Under the pieces are notes generated by a model, which ran no database searches, was not told the origin of the DNA, and saw nothing but the letters and a program-made list of their open reading frames with translations. 53,849 nt of DNA, from NCBI GenBank assembly GCA_021432655.1, contig MU271489.1:1-53849 (forward strand). The letters are read 5' to 3'. A program made the translations under genes and the position numbers. Numbering within the stretch: position 1 is the first letter of the stretch; every line of letters starts with the position of its first letter. This DNA comes from Atractiella rhizophila (lineage: Eukaryota). Shown piece by piece: positions 37,376 through 49,404 of the stretch.

Positions 37376-40300
37376 ATGGCGTCCTCGGCATATAATCCTA
37401 CCATGCTTTATGATCCAGGGGACCATCAAACCTCGGCACTCCCCGCCCCTCTCCAAACAAATGTGAATCCACCACAACCCCAGTGGTCGCTTTCCAACAA
37501 TCCAATCTTTGCCCCATACCCAGTTTCTCTTCGGCAGGTTCCAGCAGAAACATCCACTAGCTCTCAAGGCAACACACAGAGGATCTTCGATACTAATATG
37601 CCCGTTATTGGAGGACTCGATATGAACCAAACTGGAAATCAAGGAATGCGGAGGGATATGAAGGAGGATACTCCGCCTGCGAAAAAGAAGACGAGGAACA
37701 GGAAACCGGCTAGTTGTGAGTTTCTTCTTGATCTGGTGTTCAACTGGGAGTTGCATATTGTGAAACCGTTCACTCCTGAGCCTGAGTTGCGCACCACTCG
37801 GAAGCTGTTTCACTCTTCTGCTGCTTGGCATATTAGTAGCAGTTTTCGTTCTTTGATATTACTTTCGGATCCAGCCGCGAGGTGACCAGAGTGCACATCT
37901 CTAAATGGCTGCTGGAATGAGATGAGCAATACGAATCCGAGCTGTGCATGAATGACAAGCAAGGATCTGAATGCGGATATATTAGCAACGACAAAGTTCG
38001 CACCTAAAGGCTGGTGTCGCAATCATCTCAGCGTGCTGGCCCTTAGTGCGCACTTTGACTATTGAAAACGGGCGATTCCTCTGCTGCCGGAGGTATTACC
38101 GGTATCCAAACTCTCATCTGAACAGGCAGCCGAATTCGGATACTCTTACTAATACCTCTGATCGCATGAATACTGACTGACTGGCCTTGGTACAGGTGCC
38201 CCTTGTAGGTAGCTTTCAATGTCATTCTCCTGACTAAATTTTCTTCAGGCAGAAAGAAGAAATTAAGGTGCGATCGATTGGTGCGTCCTTCTGCCTCAGG
38301 GTTCTCCATTGTTGAACGGCGTATTGTGCGATCAGGTTCCTTGTTCGGCGTGTCAACAGCGAGGAGAGGCTCACCTGTGCAGCTGGGAAAATGCCGTGCC
38401 TCTGTGCGTAATCCTCAGCCATCTTCACGTTCTGATGGTTTTTCTAATTCCTTGACCACAGATACCTTGCTAGAGATATGAATGATATGGCCGAGCTACG
38501 CGCCCAAGTAGATCGGCTTCAAGCGCTCGTTGACGTCCTCGCGAACCCAAACAATGGCGGCAACCTCAATTTGCCGGAAGCACAACAACGCGTTCTGGAT
38601 GATAACAGGGCTTTGTCAAACGCATCTCAACAGGAAGAGGTGGATTTGAAAGCGAATGACCTCTGCGAGGCGCTCAGTCACTTGGCCATTTCGCAGATTA
38701 TGCGGATCGATGAGCCGACAGGGGAGAAGTTGAAGGAAACCCAGATCTTCGATGAGGCCAGAACCTTTTGTGCTGCTCTTCCGCAAGCGTATGGACTCTC
38801 GACGACTATACCCAGTTCTGGATCAAACCAACTTGCGCCAGGTGCGGATACAGCGGCCGGCAGTCTGGCAAGATTATCTTACGCTTCGGAGACTGCCACC
38901 GTGAAGGATGCCCTCAAATGCATGCCATTATTGGAGCAGGCCAACAGCGCGCTGAGTTACTATTTTTCTTATGTCGACTGGTTCGTTCATTCTATCTGCA
39001 CGTCTACGAGCTAATTCCACACCAGGTATCTGCATGCATGCCACACTCCCACCTTTCACTTTCAAATGCAACGCCTGAGAGAGACGGCGGAGAAGAACCC
39101 GGACGCAGTGGACCCTTTCTTCCTGGCTGTGTATCTTTCATTGGTGCGTGCCACGTCTATTTCCAAGGACCAGAGGTAATCATGCTATTCTCAGTGTGGT
39201 GTCGGTTTGGCCATGATGCCTTCCTCCCGGGCAAGGCGCGACGGTTTTCCCGTTGATAAGGACAAGCTAGCGAATACGTGGTTGGAAGGCGCGATGATTG
39301 CTCTGACGGCGGGAAAATTTTTGGACACGCCAACGCTCGATGCCATTCGAGCTCTTACCATTATCAATGCTTAGTGAGCCTCCATCTTTGATCAAATAAC
39401 TATCGGCTCATTTGGATACTTACGCAGTTTCGTCTTTATGGCCACTGGAGAATCCGTCAACGGGGGAATTTCCATCCTCACGATGGCCGTCCAACTTGCA
39501 GTCCAGCTTGGCCTCAACCGAGATCCGGATCGCATGGATAAAAAATTCACCTATCTTGAAGCTGAGGATCGTCGACGTATCTTTTGGACACTATTCCATC
39601 TCCTCACCTTAAGCTCCAGGTTAGTAACTTTGTTGCCTTCGTTTAGTCTTGTTGATTCACTTGTTGTAGCTCTCTTGGCAGGACATGGTCAAATTTTGAT
39701 ATGGAAGCCATCGATGTCAGTAAGTTCGCTTTCATTTTCAAAAGTTACAATGTCCAGAGCTCATTGTGACTGTAGAACTCCCCGACGACATGAACGACGA
39801 AGATTTTAGCAAGAAAGAGTTCAAGGATGCGGAGCAGACGGTGAAGAAAACTAGCAAGAAGGAGACCGTCATGACCTCTTTGCTTATTCGCATACGGATA
39901 GCCCAAGTTGCCGTCAAAATAGTACTTCTCTTCTCTATCTCCTAATGAAAACTAACTCAACTCTCAACTCCACAGTCTAAGCGGGCTTTTGGTATCAAAG
40001 GTGTCACGTATAGCGAAATCTTTCAGCTGGATTCCCAAATTCGGGAGGTTCGGCTTCTCCTGCTATCGGGAGGCGAAAAGGCTGATAACATGGACCAGAT
40101 CGAGGACAACCTGCCTCCTTTCTATCTGTTGAAATTCGACAGGGAAGACTACTGGAATATTATTCCACCATCCGATCATGTGACAGCGTCTGAAATGCGA
40201 ACATAGTACGTTTACGTTGTCTTTCCTGAAATTGACAACTGTTTCTGACTGTACTTGCAGCATGATTTGGATTGGTCTTGCTCAAGAATACATTCGAATT

Positions 40301-41524
40301 CATCGTCCTTATCTTATCCTCGGCTACCACAATGCGGAATACGCATATTCCAGGTCCCAATGCCTGAAGTACTCGAAGGTTAGTACCACCGTATCTATTA
40401 CAATCCATAAATTAATCAGCTTCAGATAATCCTCGCCATTTCGAGGATGCCAGCCATGAAGCAGAAGTGGGGCGGGCTGACTTACAAGGTCATCAGCGGC
40501 GCCATCATTTTGGGAATTGAGCTACTTCGTTCGTCCCACTCAAAGTGGAAACTTTCAATGGACTGATGTCAGCCACAGAGAATCCTGAGGCTCCCGACGC
40601 CAAATTGTTACGTTCTAACCTTTCTCTGGCCAAGCAGCAGTTGGAGTTCTTCGCAGATGTCTCGGTTCGGCTCTTTCCCATCTGCCAAATCCCTGCTGAC
40701 ATTCAACCCAGAGTCTTGCCCGCAGGGGATCGAAGGTGTTGCAGTTCCTTGAAGAAAAGGATAACACTCGACGAAACTCAGCTGCTCCACCATCGTCAAA
40801 AAAGTCCAGGACATCAACCAATCATCCCAAATCGGCATTAGAGCAAGCATTAAATTCGGTGCCATCTGCTGAAGATGACAATCCATTCCTCACTCATAAG
40901 CCAGCCAGTCAAAGAGCTGACTCCGCGGTACCTCAGAGCCAGCCCCGCGCATCACGACCCTCCATTCACACACATGCCCTTTCCGACGGTGGCAGTTCAA
41001 CGCAGAGTAGGTCGCAGCTCTCTTCCCCGACCGCTGGCAACATCCCTGAAGGCTTTTCTACCGAATTCTCCTTCCAATTTGGACCGCAACTCAACACCTC
41101 AGCGAGTAGGTCGACCACATCCCCAACAGACATAACAGGTCGGCACCCAATCAACGGCCATACCATATACCCCCCACCTTATCCCAATCAAGTTTCGCCT
41201 GCCAGCTCCATCATTTCGGGAGGAACCGGTTATCCCACCGCAGGGAATCTTCCTGGACTTGACACTTCAATCCCCACCACTGAGGGATCTTTATTCGCCC
41301 CGATATCATCACTGCTGGAGCGTCCTTTGTATCCAACCGTGCCAACAACAGATGCCAACACTTTCCAGCCTATACCTACCCCAGACGCTAACATTTACCT
41401 AAGCCCGGATCTTTGGAAGAACTTGGACGATTTTACTGATCCTGGGAATATGACGGCAGACTGGAATGCAATGTTTGAGGGCATGAATAGAGAGATGGGT
41501 TATGTAAATGAATCGCAGACTTGA
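37376..41524 (+). CDS. Zn2Cys6 fungal-specific transcription factor with Fungal_trans middle domain; many exons
   Basis: Spliced RNRKPASCAPCRKKKLRCDRLVPCSACQQRGEAHLC, then a coiled coil (MAELRAQVDRLQALV), YYFSYVDW, AVQLAVQLGLNRDP, EAEDRRRIFWTL, and an acidic C-terminus. Confidence 0.9.
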
Positions 41525-41901
41525 TAACTACGACATTGAAGCTTGCTTCGTTTTGGTGTTTTGAGGTCTTTGTTGTGATTAATGTTCTCTTTCTCCTTTT
41601 TCTTGAAGCTCAAGTGGTTACGTCGGCATGTCTCAAAAGCTGTGATACCTCTCCTCAATCGTTTTCAGTTGTCGGTGCTGTGAGCAGATTGTATCATATG
41701 GAACATGCAAGTCTCATTCTGTCCACTTTCGTCCACTAATACCAATCACTTCGTTACCACGCAAGAAGACCCGGCGACAAGAAATTCGGAACCCAAAGGC
41801 GCTAGTTAGAAAATTGGATGACTTTTTGTGAGGAACACATTGGATGCTGGCGGATACAGTCAACGCAGCAGAATAGTGGAAATGGAACACACCTTCATTG
41901 C

Positions 41902-43296
41902 TCATTGCAATATATCCCACTCTATCTCGATAGCCGATCTCTGGCACACCTCCACAAAAGGTTGAAGCTGCTCCTTCGCATCCGTCTCAGACGATTGCAC
42001 CACAGAAATTCTGATCAACTTGAGGTGCTTAAAGCTACCCTCGCTATCCATTTCGAGACGCTTCGCGAGCTGGGACACCGTTCCTTGATCCCTATATTCA
42101 TTGTATCGGTCCCAAATCATCTCAATCGACGCATCCCCAGGAAAGGCGTTCATTCGGTCAAATAAGGTAGTGTGGCTATGATTATCGACGCTGACAAGTT
42201 CCTTCAACTTTGGAGCATGGGGAATGATGGCGTTTGCCTTCGTCGACATGTCGATGAACATTGCGGTCCTGAGGTTGGAGGCGAGGGGAGCATACACATC
42301 ATCAGGGAAAAGAGGTTTCTCGTCTGCACCATAGCCGTGAGCTACGAGGTAGAAAGTTTGGATCGAATTAGCGCGAAGGGAGGAGTTCAAGATGAATCTA
42401 TAATCGTCTTCTAATAACACGCGTCGGTAGTGACTTCCAGCGGTCATCTTGAGGGTATGAAGTTGGTAGGTAGGTTCCGGAGGATATCCTCCTTGAGTAT
42501 CCCAAGAAGCAAATATATCACCGAGAGCCAGAATCTTGAGCTGAGGCATCTTTGAGAGGAGGCAGAAGAGAAGGGGCTTGGGAAAGTTGAATGCTTCTTG
42601 AAAGGCAAATTCGGTCAAAACTGGAAAAGCAAGGGGCAGTCCATTTTGAATCGTTGACATTTCTTGTGGAAGGGTCTGAAATGTTCCTTCTGGCTTGATG
42701 GGCGCTTCAGGATACGGAACAAAATCATCATATTCCCGGAACCAGGGATCGACGAAGGAGAGGAATTGAAGATTCTCGTTGCACGCCGGAAGACGAAGAA
42801 GTTCCACAGTATTCTTCCACGTAGGTAAGCCCCACTTCTCCGCTTCTGTTCGAGTCGCTCCGAAAGTTTCGTACCCGTACGTGCTCTGTCCTCTTGAGCA
42901 GCCTTTCAAGGAAGCATCATAGTCGAACACCAGTCTTTGAAACTTCCACCCCAGGATTTTCTTCTCGCTGTCGCTCAGAACCTCAATCAGAGCCTCTGCT
43001 CCCTTCTTGCTTTTGATCCTCGCAGTCAGGTAGCCGGTCCTCAACACTTCCGAGACTGCATTTCTCCAATTCTTGGCCACCTGAGCAAAGCGGAAGAGGT
43101 CCCGCTGATATAGTTGATATTCGATATGGTATTTGTAGGGGTATCGTTCCGAGCCTATGGAATCTGCTGGACGAGGATAACTGCGATGTTGCTCGACGGG
43201 CGTAGAATTGGGCGGGTTGGAGAAACTGAAAAGGTCAGGAGGAGTGGGACGGGCAAGTTTGAAAATTTCGACAAGGGTATCCACTGGGAGCGACAT
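41902..43296 (-). CDS. Intronless F-box-like / RNI-like protein, copy A (464 aa)
   Basis: N-terminal LPVDTLVEIFKLA...QRDLFRFAQVAKNWR resembles an F-box with an insert; degenerate LRR-like C-terminal half. Confidence 0.6.
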   Translation of the reverse strand: MSLPVDTLVEIFKLARPTPPDLFSFSNPPNSTPVEQHRSYPRPADSIGSERYPYKYHIEYQLYQRDLFRFAQVAKNWRNAVSEVLRTGYLTARIKSKKGAEALIEVLSDSEKKILGWKFQRLVFDYDASLKGCSRGQSTYGYETFGATRTEAEKWGLPTWKNTVELLRLPACNENLQFLSFVDPWFREYDDFVPYPEAPIKPEGTFQTLPQEMSTIQNGLPLAFPVLTEFAFQEAFNFPKPLLFCLLSKMPQLKILALGDIFASWDTQGGYPPEPTYQLHTLKMTAGSHYRRVLLEDDYRFILNSSLRANSIQTFYLVAHGYGADEKPLFPDDVYAPLASNLRTAMFIDMSTKANAIIPHAPKLKELVSVDNHSHTTLFDRMNAFPGDASIEMIWDRYNEYRDQGTVSQLAKRLEMDSEGSFKHLKLIRISVVQSSETDAKEQLQPFVEVCQRSAIEIEWDILQ

Positions 43297-44129
43297 CCTG
43301 CTCCTGCTTGAGCGCTTTGTGCGGTGGCAGACGGAAGTTTAACCGTTTAAAAGCTGGAGGAGGTTGTAGTCAGATCAAGTCAAAGAAGAAGTGAGTTCGG
43401 TCTTTATCACAACTCCTGAGAGCCCCGCAGCGAACAGGTTGGACGCTTATACATGCCCTAAAGCCTCGCTTTTTGAAAGCCCAGCCGATACTAACTAATC
43501 ACGTAATCTAGGTTTCAATGCTGGACAAAGTGCATCTTGGAATTTGATACCAAACATTTCGTTCATCTGCGTTCTTAAGATTAAGATGCCATTGCGCAAC
43601 CATCATCCATGACGCCTACATTATTTAACAAAGCATTCTGTGAAGGTAGAACACGTGCACGCCAGCATCAATGTTGCTGTTCCATGCCCAATTCTCATGT
43701 CCAACCTGGAATTATTAGAACGAGAACCCTGCAGCTAGCAACCAACTGCATTGAACAGCGAATGGCCTGTAATAAGTGTGGTGACTCCTCTCAAGAGTTA
43801 ACATCGCTAACAAGCGTCTGAGCTTGGCCCACCTAGTGAACTTCTAATCAAGTTTCTTTACTGCATACTTCTCTACGACACAACCGTTTCTCGACCTTAC
43901 TTCTCATCATTTCCCAAACATTTGATCAAGTGAGGAAATGAAGCGGAACTGCTCACCGTTTGCAGCTAATTACCTCACCACTGGCTTTAACACTCGTTCT
44001 AGCGGTGTACTGTTACTTCAAATACCCGATTCCCCCAAATCTAACGCCCTTCCACTGTCTTGCGTCTCTGTCGGGTTGATCCCATTCTCCATCCCATTCT
44101 GTTCCAAGCTGTTTGAATGAATAAAGTTG

Positions 44130-45060
44130 TGTTTTTGTGTAGTCATGTTCTGGTGTTCTCCCGCGACAAGACAGAAACACGCTGTAACCGCTGGAACGTT
44201 CTCGGATACGCCAACGCTCAATGCCATCTGAGCACAGATCTGAGCCCTTATCATTATCAATGCTTAGGGAGCTTACATCGTGATCAAATAACTATCAGCT
44301 CATTGGCTCCCTCCATAGTTTCGCCTTTATGGCCACTCAAGAAGCCGTCAATGGGGAAGTTCCATCCTCACGATGGCCGTTGTGTCAGCTCTCTTGGACG
44401 AACGTGGTCGATCTTCGATATGGACGCCACCGATGTCTGTAAGTTCGGGTCCACTACCAGCAAGTCCACGATTCTAAGCTCATTGCGACTACAGAACGGT
44501 CTGACGACATGAATTACGAAGACTTTAGCAAGAAAGAGTTCAAGGATGCTGAGCAGACGGTGAAGAAAACCAGCAAGAGGGAGACGGTTATGACCTCCTT
44601 ATTCGAATACGGATAGAACAAGTCGCGTTCAAAGTAGTGTATGCCTTCTCTATCTCCTAACATAAAGCTGATACACAAGTGCCACAGTCTAAGCGCGCTG
44701 TTGGTATCGAAGGTTTCACCGTACACGGAGGTTTTTCAACTCGATTTGTAGATTCAGGCGGTGCGGCTCCTCTCCTCGTGCTGTCCAATAGGCGAACACT
44801 GAGCAGATTAAAGACCCCTTTCTATCTCCTAAAATTCGAAAAAGAAGATTACTGGAATATTATTCTTCCCATCGGCTCATGTGACAGCGTGTGAAATGCG
44901 AACATAGTGTGCCTGAACAGTCCTTTAAGCACGATTTTGGATCGGTTTCGCTCAAGAATATATTCGAATCCATTGTCCTGACCTTATCCTCGGGTATCAC
45001 AATGTAGAATACGCATATTCAACGTCCCAATGCTTCAAGTACTCGAAGGTTAGTACCGCT
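44130..45060 (+). pseudogene. Decayed duplicate of the middle of the Zn2Cys6 TF gene (about 39190-40390), introns retained
   Basis: Shared blocks such as acgccaacgctc.atgccat, gacgacatgaa..acgaaga.tttagcaagaaagagttcaaggatgc and aagtactcgaaggttagtacc, with deletions and frameshifts. Confidence 0.85.
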
Positions 45061-45240
45061 GTATCATTTTACTATTCACACCAAGTTCAGACGCAAGAAG
45101 ACCAGACGAAAAGGAATTCGGAACCCAATGACAGTTTGTTAGAAAAGTTGGACGACTTTTTGAGGGGAACACATTGGATGCCAGCAGATACAGTGAATGG
45201 AAATGGAACAGAATAGCGGAAATGGAACACACCTACACCT

Positions 45241-46641
45241 TCATTGCATAGTATCCCACTCTATCTCGACACCGGATCTCCGGCACGCTTCCACAAAAGG
45301 CTGAAGCTGTTCCTTCGAATCCGTCTTAGACCATCGCTCCACAGAAATTCTGATGAACTTGAGGTGCTTAAAGCTACCCTTGCTATCCATTTCGAGACAC
45401 TTCGCAAGCTCGGGCACCATTGCTTGATCCTTATATGGATTGTAACGTTCCCAAATCCTCTCAATCGACGCATCCGCAGGGAAGGCTTTCATTCGGTCAA
45501 ATACGCTACTGCGGTTATAATTATCGACGCTGACAAGTTCCTTCAACTTTGGAGCACGGGAAATGATGGCGCTCGCTTTTGTCGGCATGTCGATGAATGT
45601 TGCGCTCCTGAGGTTGGACGCGAGGGGAGCGTACATATCGTCAGGGAAAAGAGGTTTATCGTCTGCATCACATCCGCGAGCTACGAGGGAGAATGTTCGG
45701 ATCGAATTAGCGCGAAGGGAGGAGTTAAAAATGAATCTATAATCGTCTTCTAATAACACAGGTTGGTAGTGACTTCCAGCGGTCATCCTGAGGGTGTGAA
45801 GTTGGTAGGTAGGTTCTGGAGGATAGCCTCCTTGAGTTTCCCATGAGTCGAAAGTATCGCCAAGAACGAGAATCTTGAGTTGAGGCATCTTTGAGAGGAG
45901 GCAGAAGAGAAGTGGCTTGGGAAAGTTGAACGCATCTTGGCAGGCAAATTCGATCAAAATTGGAAAAGCAAGGGACAGACCCTTTTGAATAGTCGACATT
46001 TCTTGCGGAAGGTAATGATATTTTCCTTCTGGCTTGATGGCCGTTTCGGGATACGGAACAAAGTCATCACGTCCCCAACCTCTCTGGAACCAGGGATAGA
46101 GGAAGGAGAGGAATTGAAGATTCTCGTTGCACGCCGGAAGACGAAGCAGTTCCACGGTATTCTTCCACGTAGGTAGGCCCCACTTCTCTGCTTCTGTTCG
46201 AGTCGCTCCGAAGGTTTGGCGCATGTATGTGTTCTGTCCTCTTGATCCTTTCAAGGAGGCATCGTAATCAAACACGAGTCTTTGAAACTTCCACCCCGGG
46301 ATTTTCTTCTCGCTGTCACTCAAAACTTCAATTAGACCCTCCGCTGCCTTCTTGCTTCTGATCCTCGCGGTCAGGTAGCCAGTCCTCAACACCTCCGAGA
46401 CTGCGATCCTCCAATTGTTTGCCACTTGGGCGAAGCGGAAGAGGTCCCGCTGATATAGTTGATATTCGATATGGTATTTGTAGGGGTATCGTTCCGAGCC
46501 TATGGAATCTGCTGGACGAGGATAATCGTGTGGTCGCTTGGCTGGCGCAGAATTCGGTGGGTTGGAGAAACTGAAAAGGCCAAGAGAAGTAGGACGGGCA
46601 CATTTGAATATTTCTACAAGGGTATCCACTGGGAGCGACAT
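45241..46641 (-). CDS. Intronless F-box-like / RNI-like protein, copy B
   Basis: Colinear, highly similar paralogue of copy A starting at MSLPVDTLVEIFK; flanks are also duplicated. Confidence 0.6.
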   Translation of the reverse strand: MSLPVDTLVEIFKCARPTSLGLFSFSNPPNSAPAKRPHDYPRPADSIGSERYPYKYHIEYQLYQRDLFRFAQVANNWRIAVSEVLRTGYLTARIRSKKAAEGLIEVLSDSEKKIPGWKFQRLVFDYDASLKGSRGQNTYMRQTFGATRTEAEKWGLPTWKNTVELLRLPACNENLQFLSFLYPWFQRGWGRDDFVPYPETAIKPEGKYHYLPQEMSTIQKGLSLAFPILIEFACQDAFNFPKPLLFCLLSKMPQLKILVLGDTFDSWETQGGYPPEPTYQLHTLRMTAGSHYQPVLLEDDYRFIFNSSLRANSIRTFSLVARGCDADDKPLFPDDMYAPLASNLRSATFIDMPTKASAIISRAPKLKELVSVDNYNRSSVFDRMKAFPADASIERIWERYNPYKDQAMVPELAKCLEMDSKGSFKHLKFIRISVERWSKTDSKEQLQPFVEACRRSGVEIEWDTMQ

Positions 46642-47939
46642 CCTGCTTGAGCGCTTTGTGCGGTGAAGATGGAAGTACAACCATTTAAAAGCTGGAGGAG
46701 GTTGCAGTCAGATTAAGTCAAAGAAGTGAGTTCGGTCTTTATAACAACTCATTCCGTGAGACCTCAATGTTTCAGCCCCGCAGCCAACAGGGAGATTGGG
46801 AGATTGGACGCTCATACTTGCCCTAAAGCCTCGCTTTTAGCGGGTCAGCCGATAGAAACTAATCGATATTAACTAATCGATACAAACTAATCGAGTAATC
46901 AAGTAATCTAGCTTTTAGTGCTGTGCCTTGGAATTTGATACCACACATTTCGTTTCATCCGCATTCTTAAGATTAATGCTTGCAGTTTCATGCCCAACCA
47001 TCACCTGTGTCACCGCCTACATTATTTGACAAAGCACCGTGTGCATGTAGAACACGTGCACAATGGCATCACTGTTGCTGTTGCCTCTCATGTCCAACCG
47101 GAATATATTAGGAGGCAACCAACGGCATTGATCAGCGAACGGAGTGTAGTGAGTGCGCTGACTTTCTCTCAAGAGTTAACATGCGCGTCTGCGCTTAGCC
47201 CACCTAGTGACTAATCAAGTTTCTTTACTGCATAATTCGCTATATACAACGGTTTCTCGACCTTACTTCTCATCATGTCCCGAACCCTGGAACGAATGAG
47301 GAAATGGAAATGAAGCGGAACTGCTCACCGTAGGCAACCAATTAGCTCACCACTGGCTTTAAGACTCGTTCTAGCGGTGTACTGTTACTTCAAATACCTG
47401 ATTCCCCCAATCTAACGCCTTTCCACTGTCTTGCATCTCGGTCTGGGTCGGGTTGTTCCCATTCTTCTTGAATGAATAAAGTTGTGTTTTTGTGTAGTCA
47501 CGTTCTAGTGTTCTCCCGCGACAAGAAAGAAACATCCAACAAATCTGTTCTTCAGCTCACTCTAACTACTGAAACGCACATTACTCTTCGGCCAAGTTGG
47601 GTGGAGCGGAGCCGGGCGGTCGGAGGTCGGTAGCACGTGCCTCATACGACGTGAAGAGGCGCACGTAATGCAAGCTAAGCGCTGCAAAGCAAGCACGAAC
47701 CTGCACAAAAACGAGCTCCCAACGCTAAGCTACGCTACCTGAAGGGGGACACAAGGAAAGCAGGCACACCCCACTAAGGGTTCGACGAACCGGCAGCCTG
47801 CTGCTTGTGGCATGCCCCACAACCTGGCGGTAGGAGAAACATTAACATTGATCAGTGTAACATGAAATACCACATTCTAAACGCATTATCACACCTAATC
47901 AGTAGGTACCTCAGACGTGAGTTAAGTGATCCTACATAC

Positions 47940-49175
47940 TCAAATTGCCAACGACTTAGGAATGATGTCCTCATAAGCTCGAATATAAAAGGTGAATGCC
48001 AGTGATTTCCACCTGCCTGCCCATTGTACGGTGAGGGGAGAGATCCCTTGTCCCAGGAAAAAGGAGGCTCCTCCAATTCGAAAGCTGTGGCCTGATACAT
48101 CACGTTCCAAACCTGCGGCTTCCCAAATTTCGTTGACGCGTTTCAAAAAGGCTTGTCTCGTCATTGGCTGCATCTGAAGCGTCTTGCGGTCAATGTATGA
48201 AAACAGAAAATTGTCTGGTTGCAACGGGGTAATCGATCGGTGGTGGGCTAAGGCTTCCACAGGACACAATTTCAGGTCTGCTTGTCGTGGCAGGAAAACA
48301 TTTGGGTTCTCTCCAGGTCGCAAAACACGATTCTTCGTCTTATCGTGCGGAAGGGATAGCTTCAGAAACCCAACCCCTGAATTGTCGGAATTCCAAGTCG
48401 CGTTACGAAGAGGGACGTATTTCTCTGGATATCGCGTATACTCCGGTTTGCTGGGCACGGTAGCTTCTCCCAATCTCATCAAACCAAAAAAGGTAGATGT
48501 GGCAACCGCCCAACAACAGGAGTCGAATGAGTTGCGAAAGTCTAACCCAGTGTGCAAGGCGCGAAGCATGTGTAACGTAACTGGGGGGCGAGGAGCCTTG
48601 AGCTCTTCTCCTCGCAACTTCTTTGCGCCGCGCATAAGGTAATGAAAATAATCCCAATCCTCCTTTGAGGAAAGTGCGAATGGCAGTCCATGATGTGTAT
48701 GCCACGAATGAAGTGCAGTGACATACTTCTGTGCTGTCTGCGGTGTAACCAGCTTCTTAGGCCCTTCCCCTTCCACTCCTCCATCTTCCTTTAAGCACGT
48801 CCATAAACCAAAACCTAAAATCACGCCTTTCGATGCCGGGAAGATTTCGTTTTGAGGCAAATTCATCTTCTCGCAGTATTCTAGGTACTTCGCTAATCCT
48901 GAACCGTATGATTTACGCGTCGATTCGTCCAGGGAAGCTGCAGACGCGAGGGCAACCAGGTTTTGAAGTCGAGGGTGGCTGTAGACCGCTTGGATGTGTT
49001 GCTCCGGTTTCCACTGTAAAATTCTATCTTGCGCTTTGACCTTTGGAAACAAGAGCTGGGGTCATAAGCGAGTAGTCGACGATAAGCCGATTGTTGTGCC
49101 TGTTGGACGAGGTCCTGGTAAGGAGGCATGATGGTGATGGTTCAGGTAACCTCGCTTTCCGATACGTCATCCCAT
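47940..49175 (-). CDS. Tyrosine recombinase of the element (5' part interrupted by TGA codons)
   Basis: STRKSYGSGLAKYLEYC core-binding region; FFGLMRLGE (R), HDKTK (K), GHSFRIGGAS (HxxR), AGRWKSLAFTFYIR (W, Y). Probable ATG at 49175, with TGAs at 49169-49167 and 49064-49062. Confidence 0.92.
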
Positions 49176-49404
49176 CAACTCCTCATCTCAAATGAGCTTC
49201 AGCTCTCCTCCTCCAAACGAGTAGTTTGTATAGAGTAAATCAACATTGATAATTGCGATATTTACGCATCGTCACTAAGTACAAACACCTGCTAATACAC
49301 CTTGCTGATGATGATTTGCTGAAAACCCTTTGCACCCATGCAACAAACCAATGAATGAAGACTGAAAAACCTGGGAAAAACTATTTGATATGAGACACTG
49401 TTGG

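Larger units (their letters stand above)
41720..47534. repeat. Tandem segmental duplication, unit about 3.3 kb (F-box-like gene, its upstream region and a TF fragment)
   Basis: About 41720-44180 aligns with about 45080-47534, including non-coding DNA (e.g. cactcgttctagcggtgtactgttacttcaaatacc near 43990 and its match near 47365). Confidence 0.9.

Noticed and set aside
46857..46908. Short AACTAATCGA repeats
   Set aside because: Local slippage expansion of a single motif present in the paralogous unit near 43490; no evidence of function.
47940..49052. YR as a phage integrase, bacterial contamination or Crypton
   Set aside because: It is colinear with gag and RT/RNaseH inside one insertion, with DIRS/Ngaro-type motifs (HSFRIGGA, GRWKS).
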